This document shows positions 39,118 through 49,433 of a stretch of 64,000 nt of DNA, piece after piece. Within the stretch, counting starts at the first letter, position 1; every line of letters starts with the position of its first letter. This stretch comes from an uncultured Lentisphaerales bacterium. Its GTDB lineage: Bacteria; Verrucomicrobiota; Lentisphaeria; JABSQK01; UBA12247. The DNA lies in the NCBI GenBank assembly GCA_943788985.1, contig CALSSJ010000026.1, positions 32,001 through 96,000 of the forward strand. Direction: 5' to 3'. The translations under genes were made by a program, and so were the position numbers. A model generated the notes under the pieces. That model saw only the letters and a list, made by a program, of their open reading frames with translations. It was not told the origin of the DNA and did not search any database.

Positions 39118-40513
39118 AGACGCGACACTTCCTCTGGGTCGTGCTTTTGGTTCTGAATGCAGGCGCTGAAGACCGCCTTGCAGGCGCTACGCGATGAAGG
39201 TCACAGCGCTCGAAATCGCAGCGCGATCTGCGCCGCCAGGACGTGCAGTTGCGCAGTTGCGCAAAACGGAAACGGCCCTGCTCGAGCAGGCCGCAGTCCT
39301 GATCGATGTGCATGCCGGAGATCGCAAACCGCGAAAGACGAGTTGGCCCCAGGCCCGGGCGGACGTCATCATCGCCCAGACTGAGCTACGGGCGCAGCGC
39401 GCCCGCACATCACAGATCACTGACCGAGGCCCAGAACCTCGCTGGGCAGCTCTCGGTCCAGCTCGCAGAAATCCCAAGGAAAATCCGCTGCCCCACCGCC
39501 GAGGCTCGATGCCGCTGTAGGCAGCCAGATCGACATTACCGAGGCCACAGCCTTGCTCAGCCTGGCCCACGACCCTCCACCAAACAGGCGCAGTTGACCA
39601 CAGCCACGAGCACAACCATCACCGACGCGTCCGGCGAGGCCATCACCGTCGATCTGATCGCAGTGAGTTTTTGCGAAGTTCGCCTATGCCGGCCCTGATT
39701 CGGTGGGCGTCGGGATCACAAGAGTCCAGCAGATGCCAGCGGTATGCGCTGGCAAGAGCAGCTCTCCCCCGCCAAATGGCGGGGGCGATTCGCAGCGCCG
39801 CCGCGCGGCGCTTGCCGCCGGACGCCCGGCAGTGGTGCCAATGGATATCACCGTGGACCATGCGCCTCGAAACGTGGGACGCGTCCCAGACTCTCGAGGA
39901 GCAAAATTCGCGCCGGAGGTCCGCTGATGATTCCGCTCTTTTGCGATCGCGATCGTCGCCGCGCGCTGTTTACGGCAGAGCGCATTGTGGTTTTTCAGTG
40001 TGGAAAGTGGGCGGCCGGGGCGCGTCGACCAAGCGCTGGCGGCTTGCGAAGTTTTGCAATCTAGACCAGGCCAAGAGCCTACTCGAGAGCACGCGGGGCG
40101 TAGCCTCGCGGCTGATCCTGGCAGCGCTGCACGAGCAGCCTGCTGGTCAGGCAGCCATGGAAGAAGCGATCGAGGTGCGGCTAACTGCCAAGAGACACCG
40201 CGTCTGCGGCGAGCGTCTGGGTGGAATAGCTGTGCTGGCGGCAATCGCACCGTTGCTCGGGCTGCTTGGTACGGTCACTGGCATCATCCAGACCTTCGCC
40301 GTGATCCAGAGCACCGGCGGCACCGATGTCGGACTGATGGCAGGCGGGATTGCCCAGAGCACTGGTTACGACCGCAACGGGGCTGATCATCGCCATTCCT
40401 ACCCCTCATCTGTCATCGCATGCTGGTGGGCTTGCTCGATCGGCTGGTCAGTGCAGCCGAGTGCAAGGCAGCAATCGCCTTGACTTTGCTGTCAACGCGA
40501 GGAGAAAGGATGA
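39114..40513 (+). pseudogene. Long MotA/TolQ/ExbB protein with periplasmic extension (TtpC-like), heavily frameshifted
   Basis: Signal MKTRHFLWVVLLVL; VVPMDIT; GGPLMIPL...AERIV; APLLGLLGTVTGII.TF; ALVTTATGLIIAIP, in different frames. Confidence 0.7.
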
Positions 40514-41131
40514 ACGCGCTCAGCAATCTCATTTGGCAGGGGCGGCATCGCCTTGCCCGCCATTCTCACGCTGTCCTTTTTCGGTTGGCTGCTATTAATC
40601 AGCAAGTGGCAGATGCTCCGCGCGGATGAGCGCAACTACCGGAGATGGCAGGCTTCGACCGCGACGGCGGCGGAGCGGTGCGACCGTGCTCAAGGCCTGC
40701 GAGGAGTTTCCGTGTGTAGCCGCCCGGGCCTCTGCCTCTCGCCCTGCAATTCTCTGCATGTCCGACGCGATTTTCGGCACCACTTTGGCGGCCTACCTCG
40801 GGGGCGAGGCGGGGCCCGTTTGCGCAGCAGATTTGGGCATTTGTGCGCGGCATCGCGCGGTCACACTGCCATCATTAGGACTTCTCGGTACCGTCCTGGG
40901 GATCACCCCGAAGCTTTCAGACTCTGGCCTCGGAGGGCAATAACGCCCGGGGGCTCGCTTCCGGAAATCACCCAGGCACTGCTCACTCACCGAAGCGGGC
41001 TTGTTGACTGCGGTGCCAATTCTGATCGGCGCGGTCTTACTCGGCGCGCGCATCGACCTCGCCATATCGAACTGGCTTCGCTGGCCGCGAGGCACCTGCG
41101 CCGCACCACCACAGCCGGAGAACTGACCTGA
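40510..41131 (+). pseudogene. Second ExbB/TolQ proton-channel protein, frameshifted
   Basis: PAILTLSFFGWLLL TM; LPSLGLLGTVLGI; EITQALLT. Confidence 0.65.
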
Positions 41132-41547
41132 TGTTTCGCACGCACTCCAGCCGCCAGCTGCCAGAGACGGACTCAGATGTAAACATGACGCCCCTCATCG
41201 ACATGGTGTTCATTCTCCTGATCTTCTTCCTAGTCACGGCGACCTTTGAGCCCGATCCGGGCATTCAGCTCGAGCGAGCGACAGCCACGCACACCAACTC
41301 GGTGCCAAGCGAAAGCATGCGAATTGCGATCTCCGCAAATAATCAGGCGTATATTGGTGGCCGTGCGGTTGATCGCCCGCAACTTGAACGCGCAGTGCGC
41401 ACCTTCGTCGGAAACAGCCCGCAGGGATCAGTCGCAATTGTGCCAGACCGGCGTGCCGACGCCGGAACGCTGGTGGAACTTATGGATTTAGTCAGGGAGG
41501 CTGGGATAGACAATGTTGCTGTCGTCACTCAAGCGCCCGCGCACTGA
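41131..41547 (+). CDS. exbD: Biopolymer transport protein ExbD
   Basis: NMTPLIDMVFILLIFFLVT. Confidence 0.92.
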   Translation: MFRTHSSRQLPETDSDVNMTPLIDMVFILLIFFLVTATFEPDPGIQLERATATHTNSVPSESMRIAISANNQAYIGGRAVDRPQLERAVRTFVGNSPQGSVAIVPDRRADAGTLVELMDLVREAGIDNVAVVTQAPAH

Positions 41548-42307
41548 GCGCCCCACAAGACTCTGCACCGCCCTGCTCTGTGTGGCGGTGCATGTGGCGG
41601 TGGTCTCGTCGCTGCTGTCGCTGAATGCGCCGCACCCCGTCGCCCAAGCGGAGATTCTGGAGCCCACACCCGTGGTACAGGAACGCCTCAAGCTGCCACG
41701 AGCGCCGGTGCACATACCACCACCACGGGCCCAGCCTCACAAGCCGCCAGAGCCCATTCTGCCCGACGCGCTGCCACCGCCGCCACCGCCGCCACCACCG
41801 GTGGTGGCCATGCCGATTTCCCTGCCCTCGCTGCCCAATTACACCTTCCCGGTAAGAACGCCGGAGCCCGTGGAGTTGCCCTCAGAACCAATCGTACATC
41901 AGCCAGCTCCAGAGCCTGCTCCAACGCCGCAGCCAGTTGCGCCAGACGCGACTCCGCAGCAGTCCGTCACAGAGACTACGGTCCAGATCACGCCAGAGCA
42001 GCCTGGTGACCAGTTGCTGAACGAAGGCGATGCCGACGCAGCCCCGCAGGAGCTCCACTCCCCGGCCCCGACCTACCCGCCGCACCTGCAACGGCGACGC
42101 AGCGGAGGCGCGGTTTGTGTTGCAATCATCGTAGACCAGACGGGCCGGATCGAAAGCTGGGAGGTGCTTTCGAGTCCGAACTCGGCATTTTCACGGGCGG
42201 TGACCCGGACTTTGCCGCGGTATCGTTTTAAGCCCGGCACCAAAGATGGTCGTTCGGTGCGAGTCCGCTGCATGAAAACATTCCGCTTTCAACCAGGTGC
42301 CTCATGA
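41513..42307 (+). CDS. TonB family energy transducer
   Basis: TM with His (VAVHVAV), Pro-rich spacer, TonB-C domain PTYP...G.V....VDQTG...RFKPG.KDG. Confidence 0.88.
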   Translation: MLLSSLKRPRTERPTRLCTALLCVAVHVAVVSSLLSLNAPHPVAQAEILEPTPVVQERLKLPRAPVHIPPPRAQPHKPPEPILPDALPPPPPPPPPVVAMPISLPSLPNYTFPVRTPEPVELPSEPIVHQPAPEPAPTPQPVAPDATPQQSVTETTVQITPEQPGDQLLNEGDADAAPQELHSPAPTYPPHLQRRRSGGAVCVAIIVDQTGRIESWEVLSSPNSAFSRAVTRTLPRYRFKPGTKDGRSVRVRCMKTFRFQPGAS

Positions 42308-43353
42308 GAGCACTTGCCGCCGCGCTGCTTTGCCTCTGTTGTGCCGCCGTACCGCCGACCGAGCAGCAGGCGCAGCGCCTGCAGTTGGCGCATGCTCAGC
42401 TGGAAAGCGGAAATGCAGAGTCCGCAAGACGCGAGTTGTCCGCACTGCTTGCCGAGGAACCAGAGCTGGACAGCGCGCGGTTGCTGCTGGGGTTTACCTA
42501 CTATGCTCTGGGCGACAAGACAGCTGCGGAGTCCGCATTTCGCCAGGTACTCCTGGATTCTCTGGAGGCGAAGGCGCTGGAAGGGCTGGTCGCGGTTGCC
42601 CCCAATTCCTCCGGCGCGCGGTTGCTGTTGCTACTCCATGGCGCCACGCCAGAGACGCTGGCACGCTGCCTGGATGTGCTTCCCAGCCAAGAGTTGCTTC
42701 CACATTTGCAGGATCTGGTCGCTCAGAACCCCAACGCGGGCAATCTCTTCCTGCTCGCAGCTGCGTTGCATCGCAGTGGAGATTACGAGCACGCCGTGCG
42801 GGCCTACGAACGCGCCTGGTATCTCGGCTCAGACGAGGTCAAGCCCGCGACGCTGGCCGGGCTGCACCAGCACCTAGGCCAGGTCGAAGATGCGCTACTC
42901 TGGTTGGATCGGGCGAGCGATAGCGACACCCCGGAGCGACGCATCATGCGCGCCGAATTGCTGGAAACGACCGGCGAATTGGCCGAGGCGCAGACCATCG
43001 CGCGCGTGCTGATCGAAGATGGGGCGCACACCGAAAGAGCCCTAAACGTCCTTATCCGGACGTTGCCAGCCGACGCCCCGAACAGCGAAATCGCCCCCTA
43101 CGCAAAGCATGCGACTGCTGCCCAAATGGTCATTCTAGGGCACCGTGCCTGGCACCACGACGAGGCAGCCGAGGCCGTGAGCTACTTTGCGAACTCCACA
43201 AACCTGCGGCCCTTGGACACAGCGTCCCAAGTGGTTTTGGTACAGGCGCTCCGGGCTGTCGACCGGGACCTCGAGGCACGAAGTGCGCTGGTGACACTGG
43301 TCGCAGACCATGGCCTGCTGCCGCAAATCAGCGCGCTTCTTGCTCAGAATTGA
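42304..43353 (+). CDS. Secreted TPR-repeat protein
   Basis: Signal peptide, several TPR-like helix pairs; last gene of the TonB operon. Confidence 0.8.
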   Translation: MRALAAALLCLCCAAVPPTEQQAQRLQLAHAQLESGNAESARRELSALLAEEPELDSARLLLGFTYYALGDKTAAESAFRQVLLDSLEAKALEGLVAVAPNSSGARLLLLLHGATPETLARCLDVLPSQELLPHLQDLVAQNPNAGNLFLLAAALHRSGDYEHAVRAYERAWYLGSDEVKPATLAGLHQHLGQVEDALLWLDRASDSDTPERRIMRAELLETTGELAEAQTIARVLIEDGAHTERALNVLIRTLPADAPNSEIAPYAKHATAAQMVILGHRAWHHDEAAEAVSYFANSTNLRPLDTASQVVLVQALRAVDRDLEARSALVTLVADHGLLPQISALLAQN

Positions 43354-44653
43354 GCGGTTTCTGCCGCAGGCCGCGGCTGACTCGCCACAGCCCAAGGCCA
43401 GCATAGAGCGATAGAATCGGCTCGACCGGCACCCGAAAGCGCGGATGCGCGTCCGGCCCTAATATGCCGACACAAACGAGGCCAGAGATCACCAACAAAC
43501 CGTGGACCAGCCATTGGTCGCGCTGGGCTAGTGCCGTCCACAGTCCGAGTCCGGCAAATGCGAACTTCGCAATCACCAGCAGCACGAGCAGGCTGAGAGG
43601 TGCCAGCAGCCAGAGGTTGCCGCCGAAGTAGTGACCAACGCCCGCGCTAAAGCCGTGGGTGTTGATCACCGCCATGGTCCCATTTCCCCCCACATCTGCG
43701 CCGAGCATGCGCGCGAGTTCGCCCTCAATCGGCAGCAAGGCCATGGGCGACTTCTGCAGGTGAATCAGTGCGTACTCAAACGGCGAAGAGAAGATGATAC
43801 GCTTCCACTCGCGTGCAGCAAACTCGCCTTGAGCGCCCTGCCCTTCCTGCTTCAGCAGCGCGGTGGTGTGGATCGTCTGTTGCTCGGCGAAGCTGCGGCC
43901 ATTCTGCCGGGCGGCGAGCGCCGTGGCATGATAGCGATAGAAGGTGACGTCTCCGTTGCAGCCAAACCCGGAGAATCCATGCGCTTGGTTGCGCATCACC
44001 CACGGGGCAGCACAAGCCACCAGGCCGAGAAACAGGACTAGCGCAAGCTGCCAGCGTCGCCAGAGCAGGCACCAGCCGACCAGACAGGCCACGAGCGGCA
44101 GCGTGATCGCCCGCAGGTAGAGCATGAGCCCAAGGCACGGCAGCAGGAGCAGCAATTGTGCGTACGGTACGCCGTCGTCTGCGGAAAGGCGACGAGCCAC
44201 TCGAATGGCGAGACACAGAAGCAGTAAGAAGACACAGGTAAACAGTGTCTCACTGAGCAACTTACAAGAATAGACAATGGCCGTGGTGGCAATGACTTGC
44301 CAGCCCATGGCCCAGCGCGGCGAGCACTGCGGCGTGAGTTGCCTGGCGAGCGCCAGCACCAGCAAAATGTTTAGGCAATCCACAAGCACTTGAAGCCAGG
44401 GCATCACCGTACTTGCCCGCCCGCCTGTGAGTACGTTGACCGCAGCTAGGCAAACCGGGTAGCCAGGGGGCCGAAACAGCTCGGCCTGCCCGGCCCGACT
44501 ATAGCCATCGCCTTGGCGAAGTGCGTCTGCCAGCTCGAGATAGTCGACGGAGTCGGGAGCGAGGGTCGCCGATTCCGGCACCAGCACTAGCAGGCCAGCT
44601 CGCAACGCAAACGCGACAAGCAGCAAAATGACGATGAAACGAGGGTCCTTCAC
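43328..44653 (-). CDS. Polytopic GT-C / ArnT-like glycosyltransferase
   Basis: PDS.DY..LA, FRPPGYP, LLSETLF, PWVMRN, PRFRVP; many TMs. Confidence 0.75.
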   Translation of the reverse strand: MKDPRFIVILLLVAFALRAGLLVLVPESATLAPDSVDYLELADALRQGDGYSRAGQAELFRPPGYPVCLAAVNVLTGGRASTVMPWLQVLVDCLNILLVLALARQLTPQCSPRWAMGWQVIATTAIVYSCKLLSETLFTCVFLLLLCLAIRVARRLSADDGVPYAQLLLLLPCLGLMLYLRAITLPLVACLVGWCLLWRRWQLALVLFLGLVACAAPWVMRNQAHGFSGFGCNGDVTFYRYHATALAARQNGRSFAEQQTIHTTALLKQEGQGAQGEFAAREWKRIIFSSPFEYALIHLQKSPMALLPIEGELARMLGADVGGNGTMAVINTHGFSAGVGHYFGGNLWLLAPLSLLVLLVIAKFAFAGLGLWTALAQRDQWLVHGLLVISGLVCVGILGPDAHPRFRVPVEPILSLYAGLGLWRVSRGLRQKPLNSEQEAR

Positions 44654-46353
44654 GGCTCCATCTTCAGGAGTTCGACAAAATCAATCAGGATGCCAGGCTC
44701 AAGACTCTGGAGGATCAACTCCGCGGGTGGATCGGTGAGAGCCAACTGCCCAGCGCTGGTCAGGATGTGCCATTGTTCGTAGCGATCGCTGGCAAGAAGA
44801 ACTTGCCTGCCCTGCAGCCGAAATGCCAACGAATTTGCACAGCCGTGCTGCCAGCGCACCCGTGCGCGCACACGATATCGCCCTGGCTCGAGGGACTCGA
44901 CTGACAAGCGAGCAAGCCCAGCACGCTTGTCAGCATCGGCAGGCAACGCGAGCGCAGCTTTGGCAGAGGCCTCGGGAATCCGGGCGACCGTGAAGCCGCC
45001 ATCTACAGTGAAGGACTCCGCCTCGAATACCGGAATCTTGGGGGGCGTTTCCGCGAGATCGAAGGAGACGACGGGAAGCCGCAGCCCATTCTTTGGCGCT
45101 GGTTCGAAGAGCTCGCAAAGCCGCTGATTAAGCCCACTGACGTGATTGACCGGGTCCGGCGCGCGATTAACCTTTAGCATCAGTGCGAAGGCAACTGCGG
45201 CAGCGGCAGCGGGAAAGAGGACAAATGCGAGGTTCGCATGTGTGCCACGGCGATGCTCCGGCTCATTGAGTCCAAGGACGGCACCGAACCAGATGCCGAC
45301 GCCGCGCCCGAGCGTAGTGGCAAAGACGGATGCAGCCGCAAGCCCGATACCAGCGCACCACCAAATTCTCTCGGTCTCATCTTTTGCGCGGCTGACGCAG
45401 ACAAATACCAGACAGAACAGCAGCAGCGCGGCGGCTGGCATACCAACCTCGACCCAAACCACAGCGTAGGTATTGCTGGTGTCGCGCGGAATCGTGAGAT
45501 TGTCGGGATGGGCCACGAGCTGCGTCCGCGTGTGCAAGGCGTTCACCGCTCGGTTGTACTCCCCGAGCCCAGCGCCTGCCGGATAAAGCAGCGGTGCCTG
45601 ATACGCGCTCTGCAGGTCGATAAAGTTCCGGCGCGTGAAGCCATCCGCATAGCTGGGCGATAGTTCCAGCCACGGGCTTCCTGGGGCCGGACGCAACAGC
45701 GCGCCAGCAATCATCGCCACAAGCAGGACGCCACCCAACCATTTGCGGAGTTCGCAACTCGCGGCCGCCAGGACCAGAACTACGCTGATGACGAGCAGAT
45801 GCCAGCCATGGTCCACGGTCATACCCGCCAGCAGCCCAGTGGCAACGGCGCCGATCCCGGCCAGGGCAGCCGGGCAGCGCGAGAGGGTCAGAACCAGCGC
45901 CGGCAGCGCCATCGCCAGAATCGCGGCACGTCGGGCGTCGCTGAGCCCAGTCAGCGGCGCATAAATGTGCCCAAGACCAACGATCAATAGCCCCGCTGCG
46001 ATGACTGCTACAGGCCGAACGAGGGCCGCGCGCTGCTTCGCGGAGCGCCGCGCAAACAGAAACCAAGCTACCGCCAGCGCCTCCGCCACTTGGGCCAGCT
46101 CTTTGGCCGCGCTGGCAGCTTCATGACGGCTGAGCCCCAGGATGCCGAGCGCGAAGGCGCAGGCAAGGGCAAGATGTGCAGTCCCAGGCCGTGGGCAAGT
46201 CTTTGTGCGAAGCAAAAACAGGTCGATTGCGAACAAGGCGGCAAGGCAGATCGTGGCCACTGGAATCGAAACCGGGCCGAGCGAAACTGTCTGTTGCAGG
46301 CAGGCCGCCACCAAGACCGCGAATGGGATCAGCGTACAGTTCATTTGGACCAC
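44650..46353 (-). CDS. O-antigen-ligase (Wzy_C)-like membrane protein with C-terminal carbohydrate-binding-like domain
   Basis: About 12 TMs; P.GAGLGEY...NTY..VWVEVG loop; C-terminal FEAE...GRYRVRARV beta-sandwich. Confidence 0.62.
   Translation of the reverse strand: MVQMNCTLIPFAVLVAACLQQTVSLGPVSIPVATICLAALFAIDLFLLRTKTCPRPGTAHLALACAFALGILGLSRHEAASAAKELAQVAEALAVAWFLFARRSAKQRAALVRPVAVIAAGLLIVGLGHIYAPLTGLSDARRAAILAMALPALVLTLSRCPAALAGIGAVATGLLAGMTVDHGWHLLVISVVLVLAAASCELRKWLGGVLLVAMIAGALLRPAPGSPWLELSPSYADGFTRRNFIDLQSAYQAPLLYPAGAGLGEYNRAVNALHTRTQLVAHPDNLTIPRDTSNTYAVVWVEVGMPAAALLLFCLVFVCVSRAKDETERIWWCAGIGLAAASVFATTLGRGVGIWFGAVLGLNEPEHRRGTHANLAFVLFPAAAAAVAFALMLKVNRAPDPVNHVSGLNQRLCELFEPAPKNGLRLPVVSFDLAETPPKIPVFEAESFTVDGGFTVARIPEASAKAALALPADADKRAGLARLSVESLEPGRYRVRARVRWQHGCANSLAFRLQGRQVLLASDRYEQWHILTSAGQLALTDPPAELILQSLEPGILIDFVELLKMEP
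45743..45757. repeat. Iterated 15-bp palindrome, exact copy (in Wzy_C-like gene)
   Basis: TTGCGGAGTTCGCAA. Confidence 0.85.
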
Positions 46354-49265
46354 ACTGGCGTCCCGACTCGGTAGCCCTGTCCGGCAGTCTGGCCGACCAT
46401 CAGGTAGTCGGCATTGCTGGTGTTTCCGATAGTCAGCGCCTCTACAATGAGCCGAGCCGGTGGGTTGGGCAGTCGCATCACAGCCTCGCGTAGATTCACG
46501 GAGAAGGCGGCAGTGGGGTCAAACTCGCCCAAGCTTCGTTCCGACATGCTGGCACTCGTGAACAAACCGCGCCGAAACTGCTCACCGGTCTCGTCTCTTG
46601 GCGTCAGCAGCGACGCGGTCTCGGTAATCGGGGCACGCAGCTGGCAGACATAGGACTGCCCGGAGATCTGCAGAAAGAGATTGACCGAGATCCCGTGATC
46701 CACTTCCACCGGAAGCGTGAGCAGGGGCGTATCGGCTAGATCAATCAGAGTCTCTGGCGTGTACCGAACTGCGATCTTGCCAGCACCAGAATTCGTGGTT
46801 ACCGCAGTGATGAACGGTGGGGCGGCTGAGCCCAGAGTGACGCTATCGCGCAGCAGTGGCTTCCAGAGCTCCGATTCGGTCTGCTGATTGGAGATATAGG
46901 CGACGTGCGGATGCCACTGGATGTCCTCCGCTGTGGACGTCATGCGGGCCAGCACAAAGCCGTTGCGCACAGTCCAATACATAGTATGCCCACCAGTCAG
47001 CGGGTTGCGATCGATGTAGTTGAATAGAGACTTGCCATCTCGGGTCACATTCACCTGTGAGCCATGCCTGCTGACGTGAAACTGCCACCACCGCCAATGA
47101 ATGTCCTGTTGCTTGCTTGGAATCCTTCCAGCAGTTGATTCGGCTACGACCACGCCGTGCCTCAATAACAGGGCCCGTGTATTCTGGCGCCCGCCGAAAA
47201 CGACAGAATAGCCAGAAAGCGGGTTGCGACCGTCAGTGCAAAAGGAAAAATTTAGGTCCCGGCGGGAGTACCAACCGTCGTTTCGATGGAAAATCGCAAA
47301 CTTTCTGCTTTTGTCGACCACTGCGTCGTAGACAAAGTCCGCGTCGCCAGCATCCCAAGGCATGGCTGGGCGTAGGGTCATGAAGTACTCATGCTCCTGG
47401 TCGCCATGAAACTGTGCCTTGCTGACAATGAATGGGGCACCGGTCCCGCCACAGGCCATGAAATTCCAGCGGTCTAAGCAGGCCCAGCGGGTGTCCATGC
47501 GAAAGGCCCCCTCAAACCAGCTCCAATCAGTCGCAGCCCGCTCGAACAGCTCTGTCACAAGAGTGGCGGCGGTGATCCGGTGATGCGCCGCGTTGGGGAA
47601 AGCCGGCGGCAAAGGCTCGCGCGCATGGGAAATGCGGACCGAAACCGGCCCGACCAGCTGGCGGAGAAGTGTGCGCCAGCCCGAGTCTGTTTGCACTTGC
47701 ACAGTTCGCCCCTCGCGGCGACGAAATGCCAGCCTGCCACGAGACTGGTCCACCGTCCAGCCGGGCAATGACTCAGCAGGGGTCCAGCCGGTGTCATCAA
47801 GCGTAAAGATTAGGAGCAGCGCGTGCGGCTTCAAAACCGACCCCTGCCGCCGATGCTGGGCAAACTCGAAACGATAGCGGCCGTGCGGGATCGGACCGGC
47901 AAACGCGTCATAGGCAAGGACCTTGTAGTCAAAGTCCCCGAATACGGGGAGCCGATTGTGAATCTGTTGGAGCTTACGCCCAGCACCATCGCGTGCGCTG
48001 TGGCGCAAGAAAGCATCGTTTCCCTGTGTCCAATTCTTGAACGTCTTGCTATCATTCTGGGTCGTTTTTTTGGCCGAAAACTGACGGCTCCGCTCGAACA
48101 GCGCGCCCGGGGCGCGCGCTGGTGAGCCAGGACTGCTCTCGGCACGGACATCATCGAGCTCGATCAGCCCTTCTCCGGCCACAAGCAATGGCGGGCCCAG
48201 AATAAGGCGTGGGGCTCTGGCGTGCGTGACGGCGACGCCATCCAGTTCTCCTGTGAGCGCGTAGCCATGGCGGATACTCAGGCCAATTCTCGCCCAGTTA
48301 GTTAACGGCGGCCGCAGTTCGGTGTAATGGCTGAGAAACTGCCATGCGGCCTGCGGGTCTTCGCGCCAGGCGAGGCCAAACTCACGGCTCTCGCTGAACC
48401 AGCCGAACACAGCCTGCACCCCAGCAGGATCACCGACTCCGACCAGCAGATTTCCCTCGGGAAAACTTGTGGTGTCAATCACGGAAGTTGTCCGCGGCAC
48501 GCCAAAATAGAAGCGGGCCTCGCAGTACCCGTGCGGCATCGGTGTCTCGCCATAAGCCAACACCCCCGGTTGCGAGCTCCGCACAGAAAACGGATTGACC
48601 GCCCGCTCGAACGTGGAATCTCGCGCAGCCGAGCCTACCGCCAGCCCTTTTCCGTATTGGCGGAACTGCCAATCTCCGCCGAACGCCTGCCACGAAAAAT
48701 CCAACAGCTCCTCGCGCATGAAGCTGTCTCGCATACTCTGGCCGGAGATCGCCACAGACGTGACGGAAGGCCGCTCTGCTGGATTCCCAGCCAGCCAAAA
48801 CAGGTCCCACTTCGCACGCCGCTCGTGAAAGACCGGGGCCTGGTCCGCAAAGATCGTGATCTCGCCGTCTGCCAGTAGCAACTGCAGCTGCTCCACAACC
48901 TGCTCATGCAGCACGTGGCCATGCAGGGCGCCGTTGTCATCCGCTAGAAAATACCGCGGCCCGCGACGCTCGCGGAGATAAACCGGAGTGCGGATCAGAC
49001 TCGGTCGCGCGATCGTCACCATGCGGCCGACGGCTCCCTCCGGATGATCGAGGGGGGGCTCGAGGAGAACTCGCCCGTCCTTGTGCCAGTTCCGTTCACG
49101 TACATCCCGCTCCGTCGGCGGCTGCAATAAGCTCGCCGCTGAAGCGGTCAGGCAAACGAAGGTGAATAATGCGGCACGTAGGGTCACGAGGGTCTCACCG
49201 AGTGGTAAGTGGGGCAAAATGGTACCGATAACGCCGCGCGCCGGTCCCGTCAGTCCTGCAGACAT
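46341..49265 (-). CDS. Large secreted Trp/beta-rich hypothetical protein
   Basis: 974-aa ORF; signal-like ALFTFVCLTASA (true start probably ~aa 27); lectin/LamG-like segments. Confidence 0.7.
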   Translation of the reverse strand: MSAGLTGPARGVIGTILPHLPLGETLVTLRAALFTFVCLTASAASLLQPPTERDVRERNWHKDGRVLLEPPLDHPEGAVGRMVTIARPSLIRTPVYLRERRGPRYFLADDNGALHGHVLHEQVVEQLQLLLADGEITIFADQAPVFHERRAKWDLFWLAGNPAERPSVTSVAISGQSMRDSFMREELLDFSWQAFGGDWQFRQYGKGLAVGSAARDSTFERAVNPFSVRSSQPGVLAYGETPMPHGYCEARFYFGVPRTTSVIDTTSFPEGNLLVGVGDPAGVQAVFGWFSESREFGLAWREDPQAAWQFLSHYTELRPPLTNWARIGLSIRHGYALTGELDGVAVTHARAPRLILGPPLLVAGEGLIELDDVRAESSPGSPARAPGALFERSRQFSAKKTTQNDSKTFKNWTQGNDAFLRHSARDGAGRKLQQIHNRLPVFGDFDYKVLAYDAFAGPIPHGRYRFEFAQHRRQGSVLKPHALLLIFTLDDTGWTPAESLPGWTVDQSRGRLAFRRREGRTVQVQTDSGWRTLLRQLVGPVSVRISHAREPLPPAFPNAAHHRITAATLVTELFERAATDWSWFEGAFRMDTRWACLDRWNFMACGGTGAPFIVSKAQFHGDQEHEYFMTLRPAMPWDAGDADFVYDAVVDKSRKFAIFHRNDGWYSRRDLNFSFCTDGRNPLSGYSVVFGGRQNTRALLLRHGVVVAESTAGRIPSKQQDIHWRWWQFHVSRHGSQVNVTRDGKSLFNYIDRNPLTGGHTMYWTVRNGFVLARMTSTAEDIQWHPHVAYISNQQTESELWKPLLRDSVTLGSAAPPFITAVTTNSGAGKIAVRYTPETLIDLADTPLLTLPVEVDHGISVNLFLQISGQSYVCQLRAPITETASLLTPRDETGEQFRRGLFTSASMSERSLGEFDPTAAFSVNLREAVMRLPNPPARLIVEALTIGNTSNADYLMVGQTAGQGYRVGTPVWSK

Positions 49266-49335
49266 TCCAAGCTACCGAGGGGCCGAATCTCACACATCCC
49301 GGGCGGTGCATTTCCAGCGATTCTGGCGAGATCGT

Positions 49336-49363
49336 TTGCGCCGTCCGCAACGGATCCTATAGT
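49336..49363 (+). promoter_or_regulatory. Putative sigma70 promoter of the rplY operon
   Basis: TTGCGC-N16-TATAGT followed by a GC-rich discriminator (ACGCGC). Confidence 0.65.
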
Positions 49364-49433
49364 ACGCGCTTTTTCTTCGAGTCCGGCATTGCCGTTTTTT
49401 GTGCACTGCCCTTAAGGTTAAGGTACCATAGAT

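Noticed and set aside
41760..41810. CCG/CCA tandem repeat
   Set aside because: Encodes the poly-Pro spacer of TonB.
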